Below are positions 19,707-29,545 of a stretch of 64,000 bases of DNA, in pieces. Origin of the DNA: a virus; IMG/VR virus record IMGVR_UViG_3300027754_000045, positions 89,851-153,850 of that record; one strand, 5' to 3'. Position 1 is the first letter of the stretch; each line of letters opens with the position of its first letter. Below the pieces are notes generated by a model, which saw only the letters and a program-made list of their open reading frames with translations, was not told the origin of the DNA and made no database searches. The position numbers and the translations under genes were made by a program.

Positions 19707-20734
19707 GTATATACATCGACAAAAAGTTTGTTAATTTTGTAGGAGCAAGCCTAGAAAAGTTTGCTTGGAAGAAGGATACTCTTGCTTCTTGTCGCTGTCC
19801 TATCTGCGGAGACTCCTCTAAAAATAAAAACAAAACTAGAGGATTCTTCTTTGTTAACAAGAATAAATACTTCTACAAGTGTCACAATTGTGGTGTTTCG
19901 TGTAACTTGTACGGATTCCTAGAGAAAGTTTCTCCTTCTTTGTGTAAGGAGTATTCGCTAGAAGTCTGGAAGGATGGAGACGGACTAAAACCAAAAAAGA
20001 AAACAGAACCAGTAGTGGCTATTAAAAAAATAAAGAAAAAGTATACAATAGAGTTGCCTTCAGTATCAGAACTTCCACCAAACCACCCATGCAGAACATT
20101 TGTGGAACTTAGAAAGATTCCTAGAACCGCATGGAAGTATCTGTACTATGCAGAAGACTTTGGAACATGGGCAAGAACAATTAACTCGGAATCTGCAGAG
20201 GCACTAGAGCAGAGTTCTCGTCTAGTTATTCCTATTGTGAACGAAAAGGGTGAAATGGTTGGAGCACAAGGCAGAGCCCTTAGTGTTACTGGTGATCGCA
20301 ATGCTCGTAAGACTGCTCGATACATCACCATCAAGACAGAAGGTCAGGAACACAAGGGATGGTTTGGTTTGGATCGTGTAGATACTGGAACCATCTATGT
20401 GGTAGAAGGTCCGCTGGATTCTCTATTCATTCCTAATTGTGTTGCAATGATTGGTCTTAGTGATGCCCTAAATGTTCCAAGTCATTTGAAATCTAGATCT
20501 CTTGTGTATCTTATAGATAATGAACCAAGGAACGAGGCAGTAGTGATAACGATAGGAAAACTATTAGATCAAGACAAGAAAGTTTGTATTTGGCCTGATC
20601 ATATCAAACATAAGGATTTAAATGATATGATCATGGCTGGTATGTCTGAAAAAGAATTAATAAAAACTATTAAGGAAAATACTGTGTCTGGTCTATCAGG
20701 AAAAATCAAATTCAACAACTGGAAAAAAATATGA
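19703..20734 (+). CDS. gp61: DNA primase (T4 gp61-like)
   Basis: CPICGDS..CHNCG zinc finger; VEGPLDSLF TOPRIM; DNEPRN; KDLND. Confidence 0.96.
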   Translation: MSIYIDKKFVNFVGASLEKFAWKKDTLASCRCPICGDSSKNKNKTRGFFFVNKNKYFYKCHNCGVSCNLYGFLEKVSPSLCKEYSLEVWKDGDGLKPKKKTEPVVAIKKIKKKYTIELPSVSELPPNHPCRTFVELRKIPRTAWKYLYYAEDFGTWARTINSESAEALEQSSRLVIPIVNEKGEMVGAQGRALSVTGDRNARKTARYITIKTEGQEHKGWFGLDRVDTGTIYVVEGPLDSLFIPNCVAMIGLSDALNVPSHLKSRSLVYLIDNEPRNEAVVITIGKLLDQDKKVCIWPDHIKHKDLNDMIMAGMSEKELIKTIKENTVSGLSGKIKFNNWKKI

Positions 20735-20967
20735 AAGAAATAGATTTCGAATCAGAAGATGCTGCTTTAATTTTTTGTTTTCTTTTAATAGAATATGTAA
20801 AAGGAACTGACCCAGAATTATTTAAAAAAGCTCATGCCTATGCTAAAGATAATACTGGCATTGATATAACAAATTTTGAAATTGATCTTGATGATATTGA
20901 CGACGACGAAGACAACGACGACGATGAAGAAGAAGATTTTGAGGACGACGATGAAGAAGAAGATTAA
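20731..20967 (+). CDS. Small protein with poly-acidic C-terminal tail
   Basis: ATGA overlap; D/E-rich tail. Confidence 0.65.
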   Translation: MKEIDFESEDAALIFCFLLIEYVKGTDPELFKKAHAYAKDNTGIDITNFEIDLDDIDDDEDNDDDEEEDFEDDDEEED

Positions 20968-21685
20968 AGTTTTAGACTACGGACATGTTGAGTATGTCGA
21001 GCACATGGGAAGTGACCTTACTGTGGTTAATGCTGCTCGTGTATCATTCAACAAAGAAAGTGAATGGGACATAGACGAACAGGCAAAACAAAGGTTAACC
21101 GCTAGTGAATCCGCATACTATGAAAGCGATCTTCATGTTTTGTCTAGTAAAGATATAAAATTAATTAGTTACCTAGCAAAGCATCAACACTGGACACCAT
21201 TTGCTCATCCTCAAATCACACTAAGAGTCAAGGCACCTATCTTTATAAGAACACAATTGTTTAAGCATAAAGTAGGAATGGTAGAGAACGAAATGTCACG
21301 ACGATACGTTACAGATACACCAGAGTTCTATACTCCTACTTGGAGAAACGCTCCAATCAACGGAGCAAAGCAGGGAAGTTATGAGTTTGTTGATCCAGTA
21401 TTGAGTATGGAACTAGATCATATGAACGAACGTATCATTGAAAGTGCACTACACACATACAAATATTTACTGGAGAATGGTGTGGCACCAGAACAAGCAC
21501 GTGCCATTCTTCCACAAAGCACGTACACCGAATGGTGGTGGACTGGATCGCTGTCTGCATATGCTCGTATATTTAAACAACGATCAGATGCTCATTCGCA
21601 ATGGGAAGTTCAACAATATGCTTCTGCTATTGGAGAAATAATTGAACCATTGTTTACTAACTCTTGGAACGTTCTCACTAAATAA
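20951..21685 (+). CDS. thyX: Flavin-dependent thymidylate synthase ThyX
   Basis: VVNAARVSF, HWTPF, FKHKVG..NEMSRRY, APEQARAILP, HSQWE. Confidence 0.95.
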   Translation: MKKKIKVLDYGHVEYVEHMGSDLTVVNAARVSFNKESEWDIDEQAKQRLTASESAYYESDLHVLSSKDIKLISYLAKHQHWTPFAHPQITLRVKAPIFIRTQLFKHKVGMVENEMSRRYVTDTPEFYTPTWRNAPINGAKQGSYEFVDPVLSMELDHMNERIIESALHTYKYLLENGVAPEQARAILPQSTYTEWWWTGSLSAYARIFKQRSDAHSQWEVQQYASAIGEIIEPLFTNSWNVLTK

Positions 21686-21710
21686 TTTATAAATTAAAAG
21701 GAAACTTATC

Positions 21711-23636
21711 ATGCATTTACCAACACAATTTCAACAATTCATTCACCTTTCTCGCTACAGCCGCTGGCTAGAAGAGGAGAATCGTCGTGAAACCTGGGAA
21801 GAAACTGTGAATCGTTATTTTCATTTCTTTGACGGTCATCTGAAAGAAAATACTAAATGCAAGTTGGATAAAGCAACAAGAGAAGAGTTGCGCCAAGCAA
21901 TTCTTAATCTAGAGATCATGCCTTCCATGCGTTCTCTGATGACGGCAGGAGAAGCACTAGAGCGAGACCATACAGCAGGATACAATTGCTCGTATGTGGC
22001 AGTTAATCGAGTAAGAGCATTTGATGAAATTTTATATATTTTAATGTGTGGCACAGGAGTTGGATTCTCCGTAGAAAGGCAATACGTTGACAAATTACCA
22101 ACAATTGCAGAGCAATTTACTGATTCGGACACTACAATTATTGTACAGGATTCAAAGGCTGGTTGGGCTAAGGCTTACAAGGAATTGGTCTCCTTACTTA
22201 TTGGAGGTCAAGTTCCAAAATGGGATGTCTCTAAAGTACGGGCTTCTGGGGCGAGGCTTAAAACTTTCGGAGGTAGAGCCAGTGGACCTCAACCATTGGT
22301 TGATCTCTTTAGGTTCACTGTGGATACTTTTAAACGTTCCGCTGGACGCAAACTCACAAGTATCGAATGCCATGATATTGTCTGTAAGGTTGCAGAGGTT
22401 GTGGTGGTGGGAGGAGTGCGTCGATCTGCTCTTATCAGTCTATCGAACCTCACCGATGAACGTATGCGTGATGCAAAAACTGGAGCATGGTGGGAAGCCA
22501 ATCCACAACGGGCACTTGCGAATAATAGCGTAGTGTATAGCGAACGACCAGAGATTGGTACGTTTATGGAGGAATGGGTCTCTCTTTATAAATCAAAGAG
22601 TGGTGAGCGTGGTATTTTCAATCGTGCTGCCGCACAAAAACAAACAGCAACATTAGGTGATCGTCGTGATGCCACCTATCAGTTTGGAACAAATCCATGC
22701 AGTGAAATTATTCTTCGTGACCGACAATTCTGTAATCTTACAGAGGTGGTTGTTCGTGCAGATGATACTGTTGAAACATTGACACGCAAGTGTCGTCTTG
22801 CCGCTATTCTTGGTACATGGCAAGCGTCCCTGACTCACTTCCCATACTTGTCTAGCGAATTTACAAAAAATTGTGAAGAAGAAGCCTTGTTGGGAGTGTC
22901 TCTTACAGGTATTCTAGATAATCATATTATGCGTGGCGAGTCTCAAGATGATATTGCTGAATTGCTCGGAGACCTTAAGAAGATGGCAATAACAACAAAT
23001 GTGGAATGGGCAAAGAAGTTAGGTATCAATGCAGCGGCTGCTATTACTTGTGTGAAACCGAGTGGAACAGTATCACAACTAGTTGACGCAGCCAGTGGTA
23101 TTCATGCTCGTCACAACGAATATTATGTTCGTACTGTTCGTGCAGATCGCAAAGATCCTCTGTGCCAGATGATGACCGACAAGGGATTTCCTGCAGAGCC
23201 TGATGTAACCAAGCCTGATCATGTTATGGTGTTTTCGTTTCCCATGAAAGCAGAAGGATCAGTGACACGCAATGATATGTCTGCTCTAGATCATCTAGAG
23301 TTGTGGTTGACGTATCAAAAGTATTGGTGTGAACACAAGCCGTCTATCACAGTAACAGTTCGTGAAGAAGAGTGGATGGAAGTTGGTGCCTGGGTGTACA
23401 AGCACTTTGATGAAGTTAGTGGTATTAGTTTCTTGCCACACAGCGACCATTCATATCGTCAGGCACCATACCAAGACTGCACCAAGGAAGAGTACGAAGC
23501 TCTATTGCTAAAGATTCCTGGGAACGTGGACTGGTCAGAACTCAAGAACTACGAAAAGGTAGATACAACTACGGGCACACAAACATTTGCGTGTACTGGC
23601 GATAAGTGTGAAGTGGTAGATTTAATTACCAGTTAA
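21711..23636 (+). CDS. nrdJ: Class II (B12-dependent) ribonucleotide reductase
   Basis: YNC, GGVRRSA, TNPCSEI, CVKPSGTVS, C-terminal CTGDKC; no nrdB adjacent. Confidence 0.88.
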   Translation: MHLPTQFQQFIHLSRYSRWLEEENRRETWEETVNRYFHFFDGHLKENTKCKLDKATREELRQAILNLEIMPSMRSLMTAGEALERDHTAGYNCSYVAVNRVRAFDEILYILMCGTGVGFSVERQYVDKLPTIAEQFTDSDTTIIVQDSKAGWAKAYKELVSLLIGGQVPKWDVSKVRASGARLKTFGGRASGPQPLVDLFRFTVDTFKRSAGRKLTSIECHDIVCKVAEVVVVGGVRRSALISLSNLTDERMRDAKTGAWWEANPQRALANNSVVYSERPEIGTFMEEWVSLYKSKSGERGIFNRAAAQKQTATLGDRRDATYQFGTNPCSEIILRDRQFCNLTEVVVRADDTVETLTRKCRLAAILGTWQASLTHFPYLSSEFTKNCEEEALLGVSLTGILDNHIMRGESQDDIAELLGDLKKMAITTNVEWAKKLGINAAAAITCVKPSGTVSQLVDAASGIHARHNEYYVRTVRADRKDPLCQMMTDKGFPAEPDVTKPDHVMVFSFPMKAEGSVTRNDMSALDHLELWLTYQKYWCEHKPSITVTVREEEWMEVGAWVYKHFDEVSGISFLPHSDHSYRQAPYQDCTKEEYEALLLKIPGNVDWSELKNYEKVDTTTGTQTFACTGDKCEVVDLITS

Positions 23637-25987
23637 AATCTACTAATATTCTTAAGAAGAGTTGATGTATTATTTACAGGGGTTTCTACGTCTCTTGCAG
23701 AATTCTTTGCCAAATAATCCATATGTTGTTGTAGTCTAGTCTTTGTTGCGTCATCTACATGAGGAAGAAGAGCACTAAATGTTTGTGGTTCGTGTAATTT
23801 GACTTGACTCAATGCATTCAATGCTGGATGTCTTGGTTTTTGTAAGTAAGAATCTTTAAATGGCACTTTTGCTTTTCCCCAATTTGGAGCTAATTGCTGT
23901 GCTACTAATTGTGGCCAAGAAGTAGTAGTTGAAACACCAGTTCCTCCTGTAGATACTGGTTCAACAGGCAAGTTTTCTGATTTAGGAGTAGCAACGTCAG
24001 GAGCATGTTGTGCAAAAAGATCACTATAAATATTGTGCAATGCAGCATGACTTTTTCTTTGTTTTGCTGCTTTTGTGTCTATCTTTAATTGAGAAAGGGA
24101 CATGTTACTAGGAGGATTTTCTGCAGAAATAGGCGCAATATCTCCAACAGGACTGACACGAGAAGATGCTGGATATAATTTTTCTAATACTCCGTACTTT
24201 CTAGTTGGTGATGCATCTTCTCTTTTTGCGTGACTCGCAATGCTAGGTAATTTAGTATCAATTGCAGTATCGTCATCAATATCGTCACCTGCGTGTGATT
24301 TAGGTTCTTCTATAGAACCATGTGCTCTATCAAGTTCTCTTTCAAGATTAATACCTATTTGTGATTGTCTTGAACCTGAAATCTTAGGAAGATTTGGAAC
24401 TTCCACAGTCATATCAACACCTTCGGCATCAAATGTTTCTTTTGCTGCTTGAGTTGTTGGCTGTGCTCTTCTTGACTTCATTGCTATTAATTTCTTTTTT
24501 ATTTCAGTAGCAGCAATTCTATCAGATAATGGAAGAGGTGCTCCTATTTTTACTGTTTTTACTTTTTTATTTGAAGTACTTGATACATCTTTATCAGCAC
24601 CATCTGAATAATCATCAGAGGAATCAAGAACTTCCTTAGTTTCTCCTGCCAACCACTGTCCAGCAGCCTTCATTCTGCCTTCTAATCCCTGTAGCATACT
24701 AGACGGAATCAAAGGTTGTTGTATCTTTGGTCCTGACGGCGCAGAAGTTGCAGTTGCCATTCTACCTAATGTAAATTCGTTTCGTGTTACTGGATCATTT
24801 GGAAATTGAAAACGATCTTCTCTTTTTAGAGGCTCTGATTCAACTTTTTCCTTTTTATCTTTTACTGGCATATTTTTTACTGGATACTTATTTGGTTCCA
24901 TGGCTTTAAAAGGAAGTAATATATTAAATCTTTCGGATGCTTCAGCAGCTTCTACTTCTTGTCGTGTAGCTCCTGCTCTAGGTCCTCCAGTTGCTGGGTT
25001 GTAAGCCCAGAATGCAGCAGAAGCTTCTTCTAATCTCTGCGCTAATACTTGGCGATAATGTTCAGTAATTTCTTGTTGTTCGTTAACAGGAGAAACTCTG
25101 TTTGGGTTTGTAAAATAATTATAAGGAGTCCATTTACGTTGACCTGGATCTGGTGGAGCTTCAAATTGCAAACTAGTATCTGGTGTATCAGATTGTGTGG
25201 TAGTTGATGTAATCGATTTATTAGCTGGCATTTGTTGATTCATGCCAACTCCTCTACTACCTAAAATACCTAGACCTAACATACCAGCACCAAGAACGGT
25301 AGCTATTGTTTTTGGACTAGTAAGAGTATTTCTTAATCCTTGACCAAATTTATAAGATGTTGACGGTGTAGTAACTGGAGTAGGAATGGAGGCAGGAGCC
25401 GAAGCAGGAGCCGAGGCAGGAACTAATTCAGTTTCTGCTTTAGAAACCATACCATCATTGTTCAAATCCCCATATTTTGTGGTAGCAGTAGAAATTGTTG
25501 AACCAACAGGTTGTTGTCTATTAACAATATCACTTGCAGTCTGAACAGAACTTAATCGTTTTGGATTTATTCTGAAACCAGGATTAATTATCTCACCTGG
25601 TTCTCCGAGAGCTGGATTTGAAATAGAAGAAATGCCAGACGAAACAGGAGTTTTTGATTTACCAAAAATTGCAGTTCCTTGCTTTTTAGTTATAGGATCA
25701 ACATTTACACTTTGGGTAATAGTTGTTTCTGGTTCGGGTTTTGGTTCAGGTTTGGCTTTAACTACAGGTTTACTTTTAGTAGTCTTAGGTTTACCTTTAG
25801 TTTTTGTTGCTACGACAGGAGCAGCCACAGGAGCAGCCACAGGAGCAGCCACAGGAGCAGGAGCACCACTAAACAAATCAGGTTCTCTAGGAGCCAACTT
25901 CTTAGCCTTGGCTTCTAGCAATAAATCGTTACTTTTGGTATAAATCGCTCTAATCAAATCAATTTCACTATTTACTGGTTTTTGCAT
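23633..25987 (-). CDS. Low-complexity putative internal head/ejection protein
   Basis: 784 aa; CCTAAATA late box at 26009-26016; LLEA/VNEQ/ITEH putative prohead-protease sites; PVAA repeats. Confidence 0.65.
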   Translation of the reverse strand: MQKPVNSEIDLIRAIYTKSNDLLLEAKAKKLAPREPDLFSGAPAPVAAPVAAPVAAPVVATKTKGKPKTTKSKPVVKAKPEPKPEPETTITQSVNVDPITKKQGTAIFGKSKTPVSSGISSISNPALGEPGEIINPGFRINPKRLSSVQTASDIVNRQQPVGSTISTATTKYGDLNNDGMVSKAETELVPASAPASAPASIPTPVTTPSTSYKFGQGLRNTLTSPKTIATVLGAGMLGLGILGSRGVGMNQQMPANKSITSTTTQSDTPDTSLQFEAPPDPGQRKWTPYNYFTNPNRVSPVNEQQEITEHYRQVLAQRLEEASAAFWAYNPATGGPRAGATRQEVEAAEASERFNILLPFKAMEPNKYPVKNMPVKDKKEKVESEPLKREDRFQFPNDPVTRNEFTLGRMATATSAPSGPKIQQPLIPSSMLQGLEGRMKAAGQWLAGETKEVLDSSDDYSDGADKDVSSTSNKKVKTVKIGAPLPLSDRIAATEIKKKLIAMKSRRAQPTTQAAKETFDAEGVDMTVEVPNLPKISGSRQSQIGINLERELDRAHGSIEEPKSHAGDDIDDDTAIDTKLPSIASHAKREDASPTRKYGVLEKLYPASSRVSPVGDIAPISAENPPSNMSLSQLKIDTKAAKQRKSHAALHNIYSDLFAQHAPDVATPKSENLPVEPVSTGGTGVSTTTSWPQLVAQQLAPNWGKAKVPFKDSYLQKPRHPALNALSQVKLHEPQTFSALLPHVDDATKTRLQQHMDYLAKNSARDVETPVNNTSTLLKNISRF
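25815..25859. repeat. 12-bp tandem repeat (ACAGGAGCAGCC) encoding PVAA
   Basis: About 4 copies seen directly. Confidence 0.85.
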
Positions 25988-26049
25988 AAGGGGTTCCTTT
26001 TTCTACTTTATTTAGGCTTTTTATACTTTGTCTGTATACATACTAATGT

Positions 26050-26814
26050 ATGAAATACCTCAGGCTTGCTGCAATAAGTTTCGCAGTAGTCTTCGTGGTG
26101 CTCCTCTTGAGGCACAAAGAAGCAAAGCCTATACTACCTAAAATCAATCTTCCTGATCCAGCAACCATGATTGATGACATTCTAGAGATAGACAGTTATC
26201 CAGGTTTTACTGTGGTAACTGACGACTGTGCAGATACCTATAAATGTGTTGGAGAAATATTCACTGCTGATGGTCCGTTCATTGGTAGTGGAACATTGAT
26301 TGCTCCTAAAGTAGTGGTTACTGCGGCACACGTAATTAAAGGTTCCGATTTAGAATATTTCCGAACAAACAACAAGTGCTACAAGATTAAAAAATCTGTG
26401 GTACACCCAGATTATACAGAGGAAGGAAGTGGTAAAAATGATATCGGTTTACTTTTCTTAGAGGAAGCGTGTTTGGAAACTCCTGCAGTGTTACAGACAG
26501 ATCCCCAAGAACTAAAACGAGGAGAATTATTAACAACAGTTGGATTCTCTCATAAAATTAAAAAAATTAGTAATGAACACACCTTCTGGTATTACGGAAC
26601 CATTGTGGAGCAACCGACGTATATTCGTTTTCTTGCCTACAAAGGAAACATCTGGCTTGGTGATTCTGGAGGTGCCGTATTCGAGGACGGCGGTAAGCTG
26701 GCAGGAGTAATATCTGCGCTTATGATTATGGAGTATGATGTAGTGGATCAGATTGCTGCACGAGTAGACCTGTACGTTCCTTGGATCAGACAGATGGAGA
26801 AGATCAATGAGTAG
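26050..26814 (+). CDS. Trypsin-like (S1) serine protease with N-terminal signal/TM anchor
   Basis: TAAHV, NDIGLL and GDSGG triad motifs; hydrophobic N-terminus. Confidence 0.92.
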   Translation: MKYLRLAAISFAVVFVVLLLRHKEAKPILPKINLPDPATMIDDILEIDSYPGFTVVTDDCADTYKCVGEIFTADGPFIGSGTLIAPKVVVTAAHVIKGSDLEYFRTNNKCYKIKKSVVHPDYTEEGSGKNDIGLLFLEEACLETPAVLQTDPQELKRGELLTTVGFSHKIKKISNEHTFWYYGTIVEQPTYIRFLAYKGNIWLGDSGGAVFEDGGKLAGVISALMIMEYDVVDQIAARVDLYVPWIRQMEKINE

Positions 26815-26887
26815 GGTTCAACGATGTTTAGTTGCAGCCTGTAGCTTTCTAGTCGGAATTATTCTGGCTAGACTGTTTGGGTTTTAA
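26807..26887 (+). CDS. Small hydrophobic peptide (26 aa)
   Basis: [26 protein letters not shown]; GGAG RBS; overlaps the protease stop. Confidence 0.5.
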   Translation: MSRVQRCLVAACSFLVGIILARLFGF

Positions 26888-26918
26888 GCCTAAATACCTA
26901 TGTGAATATCACAAAAAG

Positions 26919-26961
26919 CATAAATAAAAGTGGTCGAGTGAGGTTCGAAGCCTCCCCGACC
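26919..26961 (+). promoter_or_regulatory. Late promoter CATAAATA plus leader hairpin of the homing endonuclease
   Basis: CATAAATA 26919-26926; GGTCG..GAGG-TTCGAAG-CCTC..CGACC 26932-26961; GAAAGG RBS. Confidence 0.6.
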
Positions 26962-26982
26962 TACACAGAAAGGTTAGTTTCC

Positions 26983-27675
26983 ATGCATTCTATTTATATT
27001 ATCTACCTTGTTCGACTTAACGGAAAACCTGTTTATGTTGGTTTTACTTCCAAAACATTAGAAGAGCGTTGGAATAAACATTGTACAGATGCAACAAAAT
27101 ATATGTCGCCATATGTTTTTCATAAAGCAATCCGCAAATATGGAATTGAATCCTTTTCAGTAGAAACTATTTATACAGGAGATGATTGGAAATATACTTT
27201 ACAAGTAATGGAGCCCCAGTTTATCACTGAATATAATACTTATATTCGTAATGAAGGTTATAACATGACTATGGGAGGAGAGGGAAGTGTTGGCTTCCGT
27301 CATAGCCTCGAAACTATAACGAAGATGTCAGAAGATAAGCAAGGAATGGGAAAGGGAAGAATCCACTCAGAAGAAACTAAAGAAAAGATACGGCAATCTC
27401 ATATGGGAAAGAAACGAAAGCCATTCTCCGAAGAGTGGCGACAAAATATGGGAAAAGCATCTAAGGGCAAGAAACGAAAGCCTTTTTCGGAAGAACATAA
27501 ACAAAAAATTTCACAGGCAAATAAGGGCAAGAAACGTGGACCTCCCTCTGAAGAAACACGCAAAAAATTATCAGAAGCAAATAAAGGTCAAAATAAAGGT
27601 ATTCCGTTATCTGCTGAAACCAAAGCAAAGATATCAGCCTCTCATCTTGCTCGTAAAGAAAGTAGGCTTGTATGA
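26983..27675 (+). mobile_element. Free-standing GIY-YIG homing endonuclease with NUMOD3 repeats
   Basis: [24 protein letters not shown]; repeated SEET/KxKxS. Confidence 0.93.
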
Positions 27676-28229
27676 TCATTAGTGGCATAGACTACTCAAT
27701 GACTTCGCCTGCAATTTGCGTATTTAACTCCGCAGAACCTTTCAAGTTTCAGAGATGTTCGTTCTATTTTTTAACTGATGTGAAAAAATATCAAAAATTA
27801 TTCCTAACCAATATTCGTGGAGATCCATTCGACGACTGGAACTCTGATTTTGCCCGTTTTGAAAGCATATCAGACTGGGCACTACAGATGTGCATAGGAT
27901 GCGACCAGATAGCCCTGGAAGGGTATGCATACGGCGCAAAGGGTAAAGTGTTTCATATTGCAGAGAATACTGGCGTTCTCAAATATCGTCTGCACCAGCT
28001 GAGTATTCCAGTAGAAGTGATTCCTCCGAGTGCTGTGAAGAAGCAGGCTGCTGGCAAGGGCAACGCAAACAAAGAAGAGATGTATCAGGCATTTCTAATG
28101 GAGACTGGAATAGATCTTAAGGGAACTATTAGTCCAGATAAGAAAGATGTCGGAAACCCAGTTTCCGACATCGTGGATTCTTATTATATCTGTAAGAGTC
28201 TGTATACGAAACTTAAGAGTTTGGGTTAG
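27672..28229 (+). CDS. ruvC: RuvC-like Holliday junction resolvase
   Basis: [33 protein letters not shown]. Confidence 0.88.
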   Translation: MIISGIDYSMTSPAICVFNSAEPFKFQRCSFYFLTDVKKYQKLFLTNIRGDPFDDWNSDFARFESISDWALQMCIGCDQIALEGYAYGAKGKVFHIAENTGVLKYRLHQLSIPVEVIPPSAVKKQAAGKGNANKEEMYQAFLMETGIDLKGTISPDKKDVGNPVSDIVDSYYICKSLYTKLKSLG

Positions 28230-28452
28230 TATTCTTTTTTCCTGAAATGTATTTTACAGCCATATCTACCCAACTATTCTTTTCATTTAATTGAGTTTCT
28301 ATAGGCTCTGCTTTTGATTCAATTGTTGTATCTTTTACAACATTTTGTTCGTATACTGGCAATCGATTACCGTTCACCCAAAGACCTGGGTTTTGTGCCC
28401 CTTGGCTCTTGGTTTGCATACTCTTTAAAAAAGATAGAAACATTGAGTTCAT
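28213..28452 (-). CDS. Hypothetical late protein
   Basis: AAGGA RBS; ACTAAATA box at 28474-28481; LNE motif. Confidence 0.55.
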   Translation of the reverse strand: MNSMFLSFLKSMQTKSQGAQNPGLWVNGNRLPVYEQNVVKDTTIESKAEPIETQLNEKNSWVDMAVKYISGKKNTNPNS

Positions 28453-28484
28453 TTTATTCCTTTGGTTATACTGTATTTAGTGTT

Positions 28485-28859
28485 TTAGCAATTCCACTTG
28501 CGAAGAGACAGGGCTTTACGAGTAGGCTCTCCATTTGGTTTTTTCATGGCTCCAGGCATTCCGCCCATTCTTGCACAAAAAGATTTTCTTCTCTTTGCTG
28601 CTTTAGAGCCAGGCTTTAGTTTAGAAGGAGGTGTTGTTACTGCGGTCTTTAATTTACTTCCAGGATGTTCCATTCTGTAAGAATCAATACCCGCTGCATT
28701 CAGACCACCTTCAGGATTCTTTCCCTCTTTGCGTGTCCATGCCGCAGTTTCGTTTACTGGTACACAGTTAGGAACTTGACGTTTACCTTTACGTTTTGTG
28801 CCTACAGCCTTGTATCCAGTCCAACAAGCTTCTTTTAAGTATTCTCGAAACGATTTCAT
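28485..28859 (-). CDS. Small basic internal head protein (conserved in T4-like phages)
   Basis: MKSFREYLKE capsid-targeting-like N-terminus; CWTGY..VPNCVP and AAWTRKEGKNPEGGLN..RRKSFCARM..WNC modules. Confidence 0.8.
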   Translation of the reverse strand: MKSFREYLKEACWTGYKAVGTKRKGKRQVPNCVPVNETAAWTRKEGKNPEGGLNAAGIDSYRMEHPGSKLKTAVTTPPSKLKPGSKAAKRRKSFCARMGGMPGAMKKPNGEPTRKALSLRKWNC

Positions 28860-29098
28860 GATTCTGCATTAATCTTTTTTCGTTTAACCAGCACAGTCCA
28901 TCCCCACGCCACTGCCAAGAACAGCACAGGAAGATACCACAAAATCCATCCCCAACCGTTTCGTTGAGAAATATTATCTGCGTGTTGTGCCGCATTAGTA
29001 GAAGTATCAGGAATAATCATAGGGGTTGTGTTGCAAGCAGTAAAAAAACAAAAAATCGTCAACGCCAATACTAAACGAGCCTTTGTGATAAGTTTCAT
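28856..29098 (-). CDS. Putative lipoprotein with C-terminal TM helix
   Basis: Signal peptide with lipobox FTAC; Trp-rich TM helix; basic tail. Confidence 0.65.
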   Translation of the reverse strand: MKLITKARLVLALTIFCFFTACNTTPMIIPDTSTNAAQHADNISQRNGWGWILWYLPVLFLAVAWGWTVLVKRKKINAES

Positions 29099-29107
29099 AT
29101 AATCTCC

Positions 29108-29545
29108 TTAAGATTTATTGCTGGCTGCAGCTGATCCAAAATAGAATCCTACAATTGAAAGTAGAATCTGTCGGTTTTCACTAGTAAACAAGTACCCATT
29201 TATTTCCACAAAGAATTTTCTGGTAGAAGAAGGAATTAAACCAAACAGTCCCTCTGGTGTAGTTGCATCAACTTCCACAAATGTTGGTGTGCCAAAGAAC
29301 GGCAGTATGAATGGAGCAAGTAGTGTGGCAAACAGAACACCCAGCACAATAACTTGGCGCACAACACGTCCAGCATCCACTGAGACACGCTGCACGGCTT
29401 TATCTTGATTCTCGGTGGTCTGCTTGTTAGCAGCCATGAGTTGGTTAAACATCTCTTTTTGGTCCTGACTCTTCTGAGCCATGTAACGAAAAAGGAATCC
29501 AGTGAATCCGCCACCAATGAGTGAAATTAGTTCAGTTGGTATCAT
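29108..29545 (-). CDS. Membrane protein (holin-like topology)
   Basis: 2-3 hydrophobic helices; C-terminal IVGFYFGS. Confidence 0.65.
   Translation of the reverse strand: MIPTELISLIGGGFTGFLFRYMAQKSQDQKEMFNQLMAANKQTTENQDKAVQRVSVDAGRVVRQVIVLGVLFATLLAPFILPFFGTPTFVEVDATTPEGLFGLIPSSTRKFFVEINGYLFTSENRQILLSIVGFYFGSAAASNKS

Noticed and set aside
14597-23636. Inteins or introns in gp43, gp41 or NrdJ
   Set aside because: Lengths and motif spacing are normal
26932-26965. tRNA gene
   Set aside because: Only a T-loop-like hairpin, with no D or anticodon arms; I recognised no tRNA in the window
26983-27675. Group I intron around the GIY-YIG ORF
   Set aside because: Flanking genes are intact, ruvC overlaps its stop, and there is no room for an intron core
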